Shown one piece after another: positions 9,711-18,621 of a stretch of 64,000 nucleotides of DNA. The DNA is from Planctomycetota bacterium (lineage in GTDB: Bacteria; Planctomycetota; UBA8108; SXIK01): the NCBI GenBank assembly GCA_965223265.1, contig OZ244999.1, positions 800,001 to 864,000 of the forward strand, written 5' to 3'. Position 1 is the first letter of the stretch, and each line of letters begins with the position of its first letter. A program made the translations under genes and the position numbers. The notes beneath the pieces are model-generated. The model worked only from the letters and a program-made list of their open reading frames with translations, had not been told where the DNA came from and searched no databases.

Positions 9711-10135
9711 AGGAAGCCAGGTCGTACAAACGCCGAAGCGAAGCGGCCACAGAAACGGCACCGAAGCCTGCTCACCGGACGTTCAAAGCGCCCTGATGGC
9801 TCCGCGGTAGTGATGCTCGTCGTCTTCTCAGGCTCCGTTCGCTCCTGCGACCCGAAGATGTGTGCACCAGAAACCGTGGCGGTGGAACCCTGATGAGTCA
9901 CACCGAGATGTCGACGCCGCCAGCGACGCTGTCGACGGGTGTGGTTACGAGCACCAAGCGTGCTTTGCTGATAGCGTCGAGCTGCTCGCCGGATCGACTC
10001 GCATCGTGCAGCGTGCGAGCAGGCGCGAGAGCAGTATCGCTGTCCACGGTCGCAGCGACTGCAGATGACGACTTGCGCGTGGCAGCGTGAACACTGGTAG
10101 AGTCGAACGGAGCGTCCCTGGGCCGCAGCCACCAT
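9656..10135 (-). CDS. Cys-rich putative zinc-ribbon protein, IS-associated
   Basis: 'CSRC...ICSRCDRGQRYCSRAC' and C-terminal 'CRFCG'; the 3' end runs into istB sequence at the deletion junction near 9710. Confidence 0.7.
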   Translation of the reverse strand: MVAAAQGRSVRLYQCSRCHAQVVICSRCDRGQRYCSRACSHAARCESIRRAARRYQQSTLGARNHTRRQRRWRRRHLGVTHQGSTATVSGAHIFGSQERTEPEKTTSITTAEPSGRFERPVSRLRCRFCGRFASAFVRPGFLPRRWSDDYGTIVARDYS

Positions 10136-10171
10136 CGCACAGATCGGAAGGGTTTTGCGACCGAGACGATA

Positions 10172-10432
10172 CTGCCAGAGTGGGGAGCCCCGGAGAGCGT
10201 CGAGACCTTGAAGGCGCGCCTTAGTAGTAACGCAACGGCCTTACCGAAAGAGAACGGAGTCGGGATGGTCGCTTCTGGTGAGTTGCCTCTACCCAAGCTA
10301 CGTATCCAGACGACGTTCTCGCCGGCTGAGGAGCCGGTCCGTCCCGGATCGCAGCGTGACCCTCTTGCGCGCTGCGAAGATAGCGTACTGACTCGAGGCT
10401 CTCCACTCCTGACTTCGACTAATCTGCCAGAG
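10172..10432. ncRNA. Candidate structured non-coding RNA or leader of the IS21-like element
   Basis: Enclosing stem 10178-10189/10397-10408 plus internal stems 10250-10256/10314-10320, 10322-10337 and 10349-10377; manual pairing only. Confidence 0.35.
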
Positions 10433-10441
10433 CTTGTTCGA

Positions 10442-12307
10442 TCAGTTCGTGCCGATTTCTTCTCGCAGGAAAGAGGAAGGTTTGTGCCTTCTTCTTATCG
10501 ATTCACCGGACCGAAACCGGAGTACGGTCGGAAGCTGCTTGCTGTAACGATCCGCCTGCCCCTCGGTCAACTTGGGGAGAATCTGCTCCTCTAGATTCAA
10601 CTGAGCCTCTACAAACTGCTCCATTACGCCCGGTGCTAGTCCGAGTCCCAACCTGGAGTTCGTTCCGTCCCGTTCGTCCTCCGGGAGGCTATAAACGATG
10701 TCCCGTGCGACGTCGATGAACTCATCCACAAAGGGGAGAATGGATTCGACCTGCCCGTCGTCCAGTGCATAGATTCGTCGGAGATCCCTTACCACGACTT
10801 GTGGGGCGTCCTCTTGATCAACACCGTATGTATAGTGAGACGCTCCGCCGTCGAACAGGTGCTCTGAAAACTCGCTTAGCGCCGGCCAGTATTCAAGTTG
10901 ATCGTCCGAAAGGATCTCTTCGACGCCGACCCAGGTTTCCATGATGGTCGAGCGTCGTACGCCGTATCGCTCCAACGGAGTCAGCCCGTCGACCGCAACG
11001 TCTGCGGTGGACGGTAACCGCTCGTTGAGTTTCTTTTGTTGCTTCTTCGTCAGCCCGAGCGATTCAGACACGATCGCTCGGATCAGTTGTCCGCGGATCG
11101 AATCGTCGAAGAAAGGACGTGGCGAAGCCGCTTTGATTCGTGCTTCGAATTGGCTGATCCCATTGCGAAATTTTGACATCCGCTCGCTCGTCTCCGCGGA
11201 GGGTGGGCCCTCCTCACGGATTTGCAGCGTGTCGATATTCTCGGCGAACAACACGGCAAGACCGGAAAGATCGATTAGCCCAGCGATTTCTCGTGAGGTC
11301 TCCTCCGTGCCGTCCTTCGTCGCGGTCTCAGAGGTCTTTCCAGCGGATTCAATCGCTAAGCGCTGGTCTGAGATGGTTTTTTCTAAGTTGCGGATCGTCG
11401 TACGACTTCGCTGAAGCTGGGATCGGGTGTCCTTGTACTGTCTTCGTAGAGTCTCCAGTTCGCTTCGCAGCCGCGAGGCTTCCCGAGTTGCCCTCTCGTC
11501 GTGTGTGGAGTCGTTATTCATCGTCAGTACGCTCACCCCAACGCTGCATACCGCAACGACGGCGATTGCGATTCCTACTGCTTTCTTCGTCACGATTGCT
11601 CCTCCTAAGAGTGTTGCAGAGCCATGAATCGTCGATGACGTTGTGAGCGTCTTGGCGACCGCCGCCGTAGTTCTTCCGACCGGCAGACTGCCGAGCAAGA
11701 GGAGGGTGGTTTGCCGTCCCTTCTTCTTCCACGTGCGAGTCGACGGAAGCATGTCGCGAAGTTGAGCTTCGAATCGGCGCCAGAGTCGATTGCGAAGCAG
11801 GTCTCTTCCCGTCTGTAGCCTCTTCTTAGCGGTAGCACTTGTCGTGCCTTGCGCTTTTGCGACTTGGCGGACGGATTCCCCTTCGTAGTAGAAGAGAAAG
11901 ACCGCTTCACGAACGTTCGCGGGTAGGCGTTGCACTTCGCTCCACAGTCGGTCGTTCAGTTCTCGAATCTCGCTTCGGTTCGCCGCATCCGGCTCAGCGG
12001 ATGGAGTCTCCTGGGTGAGTGATGCAGGGGGTGAACGTCGTCGTAACTCCTTGCGCGCTACGTTCCTGACGATGGTTAGAAACCACGGTCTAAAGCTCGT
12101 ATTTCGCTCCAGACGGTCAAGGTTCTTGAGGGCCAACAATGTTGCTTCCTGCACCACATCCTGGGGGTCGGCTGCGTTTGAGATGATGGCATGAGCTACC
12201 GCAAACGCCTTTTTTTGGTGGCGTACGACGAGTTCTTCGATAGAGCGGGGATTGCCTGCCCGCGCCTGTTGGACAAGTCTGGCGTCCGAAATGAGTGTGG
12301 TGATCAC
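10442..12307 (-). CDS. ECF sigma-70 factor with TM helix and C-terminal extension
   Basis: Sigma region 2 'PQDVVQEATLLALKNLDRL...FRPWFLTIVRN' and region 4 'LPANVREAVFLFYYEGESVRQVA'; TM 'AVGIAIAVVAVCSVGVSVL', then coiled coil and about 300 further residues. Confidence 0.88.
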   Translation of the reverse strand: MITTLISDARLVQQARAGNPRSIEELVVRHQKKAFAVAHAIISNAADPQDVVQEATLLALKNLDRLERNTSFRPWFLTIVRNVARKELRRRSPPASLTQETPSAEPDAANRSEIRELNDRLWSEVQRLPANVREAVFLFYYEGESVRQVAKAQGTTSATAKKRLQTGRDLLRNRLWRRFEAQLRDMLPSTRTWKKKGRQTTLLLLGSLPVGRTTAAVAKTLTTSSTIHGSATLLGGAIVTKKAVGIAIAVVAVCSVGVSVLTMNNDSTHDERATREASRLRSELETLRRQYKDTRSQLQRSRTTIRNLEKTISDQRLAIESAGKTSETATKDGTEETSREIAGLIDLSGLAVLFAENIDTLQIREEGPPSAETSERMSKFRNGISQFEARIKAASPRPFFDDSIRGQLIRAIVSESLGLTKKQQKKLNERLPSTADVAVDGLTPLERYGVRRSTIMETWVGVEEILSDDQLEYWPALSEFSEHLFDGGASHYTYGVDQEDAPQVVVRDLRRIYALDDGQVESILPFVDEFIDVARDIVYSLPEDERDGTNSRLGLGLAPGVMEQFVEAQLNLEEQILPKLTEGQADRYSKQLPTVLRFRSGESIRRRHKPSSFLREEIGTN

Positions 12308-12479
12308 GACTATCTATGGGCTATGGGCGGGTGCTGAAATGTCAAAACTCGTAGTCACCGTGTATCCAGATCCTACTTCGGGAAAAAGGTGAACGGAAAA
12401 TTTCAATCACGAGAACCGATTTGTTGAACGTTGGGGGGCGCGGAGTGGAGACGTCAAAGACCACGGCTAGTCAGACGAG

Positions 12480-12600
12480 GCGGGGTACTCGTTGGTCGCT
12501 TCAGCGGGCCGGGTACTGCCGCGGGGTATGATCGGCAGCGCTGCTGACAGCGGGGTACTACGCGGAGAAACGTCAGAATGACGCGGATTCTAACCCGCGT
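12480..12600. promoter_or_regulatory. Cluster of four (G/C)CGGGGTA(C/T)-like direct repeats plus a hairpin
   Basis: Motifs at 12480, 12509, 12521 and 12550; ACGCGG...CCGCGT inverted repeat at 12581-12600; intergenic, upstream of the ECF gene. Confidence 0.4.
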
Positions 12601-12805
12601 TTACAAGTGATCGAGCGCGCGAGTCAGGTCTCCCGACCCTGGAGACTCGATGCGCAGGATGCAGCCTTTCGCGCGACGTCTGGGAGCGTCGGCGTGAGAG
12701 ATTCCGAATCGCGACGACGGCTCCACGAACAAGCACTCGGTCGCAATCCTTCCCGTCTGTGAGACGATCTATCCACTCACTGGTGCCGAAAAGGCGCCGC
12801 GGTCG

Positions 12806-14500
12806 CTACAGAGGACACTCGGGATTGGGTGTGGCGCAATCGGCGCTGGGTGCTGACGAGCACGCCGGCGTCAACGGATCGATCCAGTCGACCGGAAGGT
12901 CACCCGAGGCGAACAGAAAGTTGAGCAGAAAGATCATGTCACCGACGTCGGTCCGGCCGTCAGCGTCGAGGTCGCAGGCCGCTGCGCAGGGGGGGATCTC
13001 CGTATTGGGTACGAACAACCAGTTCAGGCCGAAGACGGCCGAACCGAGCTGTGGGATGGAGCCGATTCCGTCGCAGACCCCGCGAATGAAGCTGTTGCCG
13101 ATCGGGGTGGCGAAGGTCAGCTCTGATCCGTAGCAGCCGGTCGCGTCGTCGCGAAAGAACTGGATAGCGAGGAGATCTGTCTCGAGGGAGCTGTTGATCA
13201 GAATGGCGTCGAATGAGGTGTCGAGCGAACCCAAAAAACTCAGCTGATCGTCCCGAAGTCTCCATACATCGATCCAATCTGATCGATCGGCTGCCGTCCA
13301 GTTGAGGAGCATCTGGTTCGATCCCGGTAGGAATTCTTGACTGAATTCCGTCACCGCGTTGGTGTGGGGCGTCGTGCTGAGAACATTGAGTGTCGACGAG
13401 GTCAGAGTGGTCTCCGTGCCATCTTCGCAGACACCCCGAACGGCAAAGTCGTGTTCGCCAGCATCGAGATCAAACAAACTGACGGTCGATGCGGTTCCAG
13501 CCAGAGTCACTGCCTCGGCGCCGTCGAGAAGCACCTTCACTTCGTCGAAATTGCCTGGATTGATCCAGGTGGCGAACACGTCATTCACACCCTCTGAGGT
13601 CGAGTACCTGAACTGACTAGGCGTGAAATCAATCGGTGCGGTGCACTTGACTGTGGAACAATCCAAATTGCACGTTGTGTCAATAAAGCCACCACGATAG
13701 GCGCCTTCGTCGTTGAAGAGAAAGCCAATGTTGGTGATCTCCCAGGTCCCCGGCGAGGCGTTGATGAAGAGGAGACCATCGCGCCTTCCCGTCTCGGTCG
13801 ACGTTGCGAGTTGGAAAGTGCCCGACTGCACGAGAATTGTGTGACTTGTCGGTACCGGTTCGTTGCTTTCCCAAGTAACCACGAGATCGCAGAGTGCATC
13901 GGGGTTGACAACGCGTCCTTCGACACACGAGAGGTTCGCGACGTCAGCGAATGGCTGCTCTGAGAGCACCGTGATACTGGCTTCTGCGTCGCTTGGAACG
14001 CCAGCACCGGAAACCGTGAACGTTATGCGTCCGGCCGGAATGCCGCCAACGAAGGCGGTGTTGGTATTGGGAAGTTCATCGATTCCCAAGCCGTCGACGC
14101 GAATGCCGTCCCCGATACTCGCGCCGAATTCGTCCACGGCAGTGATGCGAACCCCAGTCAAGTTTGGTGACGTCTCATCCCAAATCAGAAGGACGGTGTT
14201 GCTCGCATTACCACTCGCTTCGAAGTCGGTCTGCAGCACGGCGAGTGCCTGAACGTTGCCGCCGGCGCCGTCTTGCGCTTGCGCCCGGGCGGAGCGCCAC
14301 GTCTCGACGTGAAACTTCCGACTGACTGCCAAGGGTTGATAGACTTCCAGCTCACCGAGATTGCCGAGAAATCTTCCTCGGTCGCGATGCGGTGGGGCGA
14401 TTTCCCACTCCGTCGTTGCGTTGGTCCGCAAACGATCCGCGCCGCAGAGAGTCGGATGCACAGCCGCAAGAGCGAAAACGGACACCATGAGAACGCGCAT
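12806..14500 (-). CDS. Secreted beta-rich protein with C-terminal dockerin-like domain
   Basis: Signal peptide 'MRVLMVSVFALAAV' from ATG 14500; FN3/Ig-like repeats; C-terminal 'FIRGVCDG...CAAACDLDADGRTDVGDMIFLLNFLF'. Confidence 0.75.
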   Translation of the reverse strand: MRVLMVSVFALAAVHPTLCGADRLRTNATTEWEIAPPHRDRGRFLGNLGELEVYQPLAVSRKFHVETWRSARAQAQDGAGGNVQALAVLQTDFEASGNASNTVLLIWDETSPNLTGVRITAVDEFGASIGDGIRVDGLGIDELPNTNTAFVGGIPAGRITFTVSGAGVPSDAEASITVLSEQPFADVANLSCVEGRVVNPDALCDLVVTWESNEPVPTSHTILVQSGTFQLATSTETGRRDGLLFINASPGTWEITNIGFLFNDEGAYRGGFIDTTCNLDCSTVKCTAPIDFTPSQFRYSTSEGVNDVFATWINPGNFDEVKVLLDGAEAVTLAGTASTVSLFDLDAGEHDFAVRGVCEDGTETTLTSSTLNVLSTTPHTNAVTEFSQEFLPGSNQMLLNWTAADRSDWIDVWRLRDDQLSFLGSLDTSFDAILINSSLETDLLAIQFFRDDATGCYGSELTFATPIGNSFIRGVCDGIGSIPQLGSAVFGLNWLFVPNTEIPPCAAACDLDADGRTDVGDMIFLLNFLFASGDLPVDWIDPLTPACSSAPSADCATPNPECPL

Positions 14501-15030
14501 GGGCACTCCAGCTCTTTTCAAGTTGAAGGGATCAAGGGGTTCGACGCCGCCAACCAGATCGGTTTGCTCTACCAACTCTGTGCCGCAGACACACCGCATC
14601 AGAGTCCCCTCCCTATCTCCCGTACAGATCCGGAATCTATTGTCCGGCCCGCCAAAGGTGGCGTCAACATGCGGTTCCGGGCAGCACGGTGCCGCGGGTG
14701 CCTCATGCGCCGCTCCAAGGCATACCACGTTCTGAGTCAGCCCCCGCGACCGACGCCCACCCGATACAACGGCCAGGCGGACGGCTCACGGCTGTCGAAA
14801 TGGCGGCTCTTGCTGTGAGAATGAGGGGGCTCGCACCGTTAGGCATGCAGAATAGCTCCGTCAATGGCCATGTTAGAGAGGAGAGACCGGTATTTGAGGG
14901 TATTTTGTGCTGAGAAATGATCGTTTTGGAGGATAATGCAGTCCTGGAATCGGCTCTTTGTCGATTCTGTGTCGATTTCAGAGTCCTCCGGCCTCGATTT
15001 CTTTCTAGATAGCCCGATTTGGAGCGATTT

Positions 15031-16731
15031 GTGACTGGCGCCGACATCATCATCGAAGCTTTGCGGCGGGAAAACGTTCAACACGTGTTCGGTCTGCCTG
15101 GCGGTGCGGTGATGCCGGTATTCGACGCGATCCTGGACGCCAAGATCCAGCTCATTCTTACGCGACATGAGCAGGGGGCGGCTCACATGGCCGATGGGTA
15201 CGCCCGTGCTACTGGTCTCCCCGGCGTCGTGCTGGTGACGAGTGGACCCGGGGCGACGAACACCGTCACCGGACTCCTGACTGCTCACATGGACTCAGCC
15301 CCTCTCGTGGTCATCTGTGGGCAACAGATCACACCGATGCTTGGAAAGGATGCGTTTCAGGAAGCGGACATCTTCGGCATCACGATTCCGGTGGTGAAGC
15401 ATTCCTATCTCGTCAAGAGCCCCAACGATCTTCCGCGCGTTATGAAGGAGGCGTTTCACATCTGCCGCACGGGCCGGCCAGGGCCGGTTCTCGTCGACGT
15501 ACCAAAGGACGTCGCTTCCAAGGATTGCGACACCACGTTTCCCGAGACGCTGGAGCTACCCGGTTACGACGTGCCGAGCTCCGCGGATCTCGATGCGATC
15601 TATGCTGCCGCCGATCTCCTGCGGCAATCGAAGCGGCCCCTTCTCTATGTCGGCCAAGGAGTGATTCTCTCTGGCGCTGCTGCGCCCGTTCTCCAGCTTG
15701 CTGAGGTCTTGAATGCTCCGGTCGTGACGACCCTGCTTGGCAAAGGGGGGTTTCCGGAGACGCACGATCTCTCCCTCGGCATGATGGGCATGCACGGCAC
15801 CGCGTACGCCAACAAGGCGGTCGTCGGTTGCGATTTGATCATGTGCATCGGTGGACGCTGGGACGACCGCATCACAGGAAAGCTGGAGGAGTTTTGCCCG
15901 ACCGCCAAGAAGATTCACGTCGACATCGACCGAGCAGAGTTCGGCAAGGTGGTGCAGCCGGACGTCTCCCTTGTCGGTGACGCGAAGCTCGTCGTCGAGG
16001 ATCTCCTCAAGCATGTACAGCGTCTCGACACCGATGAGTGGCTCTCTGAGGTCACCGAGTGGAAGCGACGTTTTCCGCTAAAGTATCCGAAGCGAGGTGG
16101 ATTGAAGGCGCAGCACGTCTTGCAGTGCCTCTTCGAAGTGACCGACGGAAAGGCCATCGTCACTACGGATGTCGGACAACACCAGATGTGGTGCGCGCAG
16201 TTCTATCGTACTTCGTTCGAGCGCCAGTGGATCACGAGCGGCGGAGCTGGGAGCATGGGGTTCGGATTTCCGGCAGCGATCGGAGCTCAATTCGGTCGTC
16301 CAAATGACGTCGTGTGGGCAGTTGTCGGCGACGGCGGCTTTCAGATGACACTGAGCGAGTTGTCAACGGCGGTGATCCACCGACTGCCGGTGAAAGTTCT
16401 CATCATCAACAATGCCTATCTCGGAATGGTGAGGCAGTGGCAGGAGCTCTTTTTCGACAATCGCTATTCGGGCGTCGACCTGCAGGGCAACCCTGATTTT
16501 GTCAAGCTGGCGGAAGCCTACGGTGCGCGCGGCTTTCGCATTCGCCGCAGTGGCGACGTTCGTCGCATCTTGAAGGAAGCCATGGCGTACAGCGACGGGC
16601 CGTGCGTCGTCGATGCGGTTGTCGAGAAGGAAGGCAACGTCTTTCCGATGATCCCGGCTGGCGCCGCGGTCAAGGACATGATCGTTGAGCCTCCCAAGGA
16701 GAAGCTCGCGAAGCCTGAGGGGAGTACTTGA
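15031..16731 (+). CDS. ilvB: Acetolactate synthase large subunit
   Basis: 'VFGLPGGA', 'RHEQGAAHMADGYAR', 'TSGPGATN', 'TDVGQHQMW', TPP motif 'GDGGFQMT...NNAYLGMVRQWQ'; GTG start after GGAG. Confidence 0.97.
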   Translation: MTGADIIIEALRRENVQHVFGLPGGAVMPVFDAILDAKIQLILTRHEQGAAHMADGYARATGLPGVVLVTSGPGATNTVTGLLTAHMDSAPLVVICGQQITPMLGKDAFQEADIFGITIPVVKHSYLVKSPNDLPRVMKEAFHICRTGRPGPVLVDVPKDVASKDCDTTFPETLELPGYDVPSSADLDAIYAAADLLRQSKRPLLYVGQGVILSGAAAPVLQLAEVLNAPVVTTLLGKGGFPETHDLSLGMMGMHGTAYANKAVVGCDLIMCIGGRWDDRITGKLEEFCPTAKKIHVDIDRAEFGKVVQPDVSLVGDAKLVVEDLLKHVQRLDTDEWLSEVTEWKRRFPLKYPKRGGLKAQHVLQCLFEVTDGKAIVTTDVGQHQMWCAQFYRTSFERQWITSGGAGSMGFGFPAAIGAQFGRPNDVVWAVVGDGGFQMTLSELSTAVIHRLPVKVLIINNAYLGMVRQWQELFFDNRYSGVDLQGNPDFVKLAEAYGARGFRIRRSGDVRRILKEAMAYSDGPCVVDAVVEKEGNVFPMIPAGAAVKDMIVEPPKEKLAKPEGST

Positions 16732-16734
16732 GGC

Positions 16735-17226
16735 ATGAATCGTTCCCACACGATCAGTGTTCGCGTGCATGACCGACCAGGTGTGTTGTCTCGAATCGCC
16801 CAGGTGTTCGCACGCCGCGGCTACAACATCGACTCTCTGGTTGTCAGTCAGGCGCACACGAAGGGCTTCTCACGCATGACGATCGACTGCCAGGGCGATC
16901 CAGCGGTTTTGGACCAGATCATCAAACAGCTCAACAAATTGGTCGACGTTGTGCGTGCGGCGGAGCACCAGACCGAGTCATCGGTGGCGCGAGAACTGGC
17001 ACTATTCAAGGTCAAGGGCGACGCTTCGAGGCGTAGCGAAATCCTCCAAATCATCGATATCTTTCGCGCCAAGACTGTCGACATTGGTGAGCACAGCCTC
17101 ATCGCGGAAGTGACCGGTACGGCGGAAAAGCTCGACGCGTTTGAGAATCTCATGAACGACTACGGCATTCTTGAGATGATTCGTTCAGGCAGCGTTGCCA
17201 TGGCTCGCGGACCGGAGTTGACTTGA
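16735..17226 (+). CDS. ilvN: Acetolactate synthase small regulatory subunit
   Basis: ACT domain 'PGVLSRIAQVFARRGYNIDSL', 'QIIKQLNKLVDV', 'RELALFKV'. Confidence 0.96.
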   Translation: MNRSHTISVRVHDRPGVLSRIAQVFARRGYNIDSLVVSQAHTKGFSRMTIDCQGDPAVLDQIIKQLNKLVDVVRAAEHQTESSVARELALFKVKGDASRRSEILQIIDIFRAKTVDIGEHSLIAEVTGTAEKLDAFENLMNDYGILEMIRSGSVAMARGPELT

Positions 17227-17430
17227 TGGGGCCGCCGGAGGAGCTGCGGACACTCGCCACGAGGCCGCCCCCCGCGCTGTTGACGAGGTTTGCGAGTTCG
17301 ACGCGGGGTCGGGGCAAATACGACGAGCCGCTCGGCGACCGCTTCTCGCAGTGGTTACCCACGCGTGGAGGGATCGTCGGCAGTGAAAGAACCAGTTGAC
17401 GCCAACCTGTCAATGACTTAGGACGCGAAC

Positions 17431-18474
17431 ATGAGTGCGCCGATCGATCTTAGAAGCGACACCGTTACTCGACCTGACGCCCCCATGCTGGAGGCGATGC
17501 GGGTCGCGCCTCTTGGCGACGATGTCTTTGGCGACGACCCGACGGTGCACCAGCTGGAAGCTACTGCCGCGTCTCTCCTCGGCAAGGAAGCATCACTTTT
17601 CGTACCGACGGGAACGATGGCCAACTCGATCGCCATTGGTCTGGCTGCCGATCCTGGCGACGAGGCTCTGGTGGAGGCAAGTGCCCACAGTTTTCACTTT
17701 GAGGTCGCCGGTATCTCGCGGCTTTGGGGGGTGATGCCTAATCCAATTCCAGGCGATCGTGGCGTCGTGTCGCTCGACGTTCTCGGCGCGTCAGTCCTGC
17801 CGTCCAACATTCATCTACCGAAGACAACGGTGGTGATCCTTGAGCAGACCGCAAACCTTGCTGGCGGTCGAGTGCTGCCTCTCGATTACCTGCAAGCCGT
17901 CGGCAGGTTTTGCCGCCAGAAGAAGCTGCACTTCCACCTCGACGGGGCGCGCATCTTTAATGCTGCGGTGGCTTCGGGCGTGCCCGCTCGAGACTACGCG
18001 GCGTGCGCCGACACGGTGATGTTTTGCGTCTCCAAAGGGCTTGGAGCACCGGCCGGATCGCTTCTTGTCGGCTCGGCTGCCCATATAGAAGCTGGGCGTC
18101 GGCTCCGTAAGCTTCTCGGCGGCGGCATGCGCCAGGCCGGCGTCCTGGCTGCTGCTGGGCTCTACGCACTCGAGCACAACGTCGAGCGTCTCGCCGAGGA
18201 TCACGCCGCCGCTCGCCAGCTCGCCGCCGCCCTGCGTGCGGTTGACGGCGATTTGGTCGAACCGGATTCTCCTGAATCCAACATGCTGTACTTACGTGGG
18301 CGGCAGATCGACACGGGGTGGGCGCCGCCATTTGTCGAGCGGCTCGCGGATCGTGGCGTGCTCGCCGTGGCCTTGGGAAACGCGGTACGGTTCGTCTTTC
18401 ACAAGGACGTCGCGCCGAAGGACGTGGACGTCGCCTGCGATCATGTCGTCGAGCTCGTCGGAGCGCTCAAGTGA
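17431..18474 (+). CDS. ltaE: Low-specificity L-threonine aldolase
   Basis: 'DLRSDTVTRP', 'GDDVFGDDPTV', 'HLDGARIFNA', PLP lysine motif 'SKGLGAPAGS', 'GGGMRQAG'. Confidence 0.93.
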   Translation: MSAPIDLRSDTVTRPDAPMLEAMRVAPLGDDVFGDDPTVHQLEATAASLLGKEASLFVPTGTMANSIAIGLAADPGDEALVEASAHSFHFEVAGISRLWGVMPNPIPGDRGVVSLDVLGASVLPSNIHLPKTTVVILEQTANLAGGRVLPLDYLQAVGRFCRQKKLHFHLDGARIFNAAVASGVPARDYAACADTVMFCVSKGLGAPAGSLLVGSAAHIEAGRRLRKLLGGGMRQAGVLAAAGLYALEHNVERLAEDHAAARQLAAALRAVDGDLVEPDSPESNMLYLRGRQIDTGWAPPFVERLADRGVLAVALGNAVRFVFHKDVAPKDVDVACDHVVELVGALK

Positions 18475-18621
18475 TCCGGTGCACAGCCGATATCTCTCTT
18501 GTCGGCCGATGGCATGGCCGATTTGGGTCAGCTCCCTGAGAAAGAGTCATCCGGACGAGAAGCTGACCTGTTCACGCCTGATTCGAACGCGTGAAGACTC
18601 GAAGACCGCGGGAGTGACCAC

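Larger units (their letters stand above)
9046..10432 (-). mobile_element. Defective (internally deleted) IS21-like element
   Basis: Cys-rich ORF, istB 3' fragment and CHC2-like ORF co-oriented and overlapping; TGT at 9046 just after the upstream gene stop is a possible end; istA absent; second end not identified. Confidence 0.6.

Noticed and set aside
12779-12791. Possible partner inverted repeat for the IS end at 9046
   Set aside because: Only about 10 of 13 bases match, it lacks the terminal CA, and no target duplication is visible.
14730-15030. ilvB leader-peptide attenuator
   Set aside because: No Ile/Leu/Val-rich short ORF with a following terminator.
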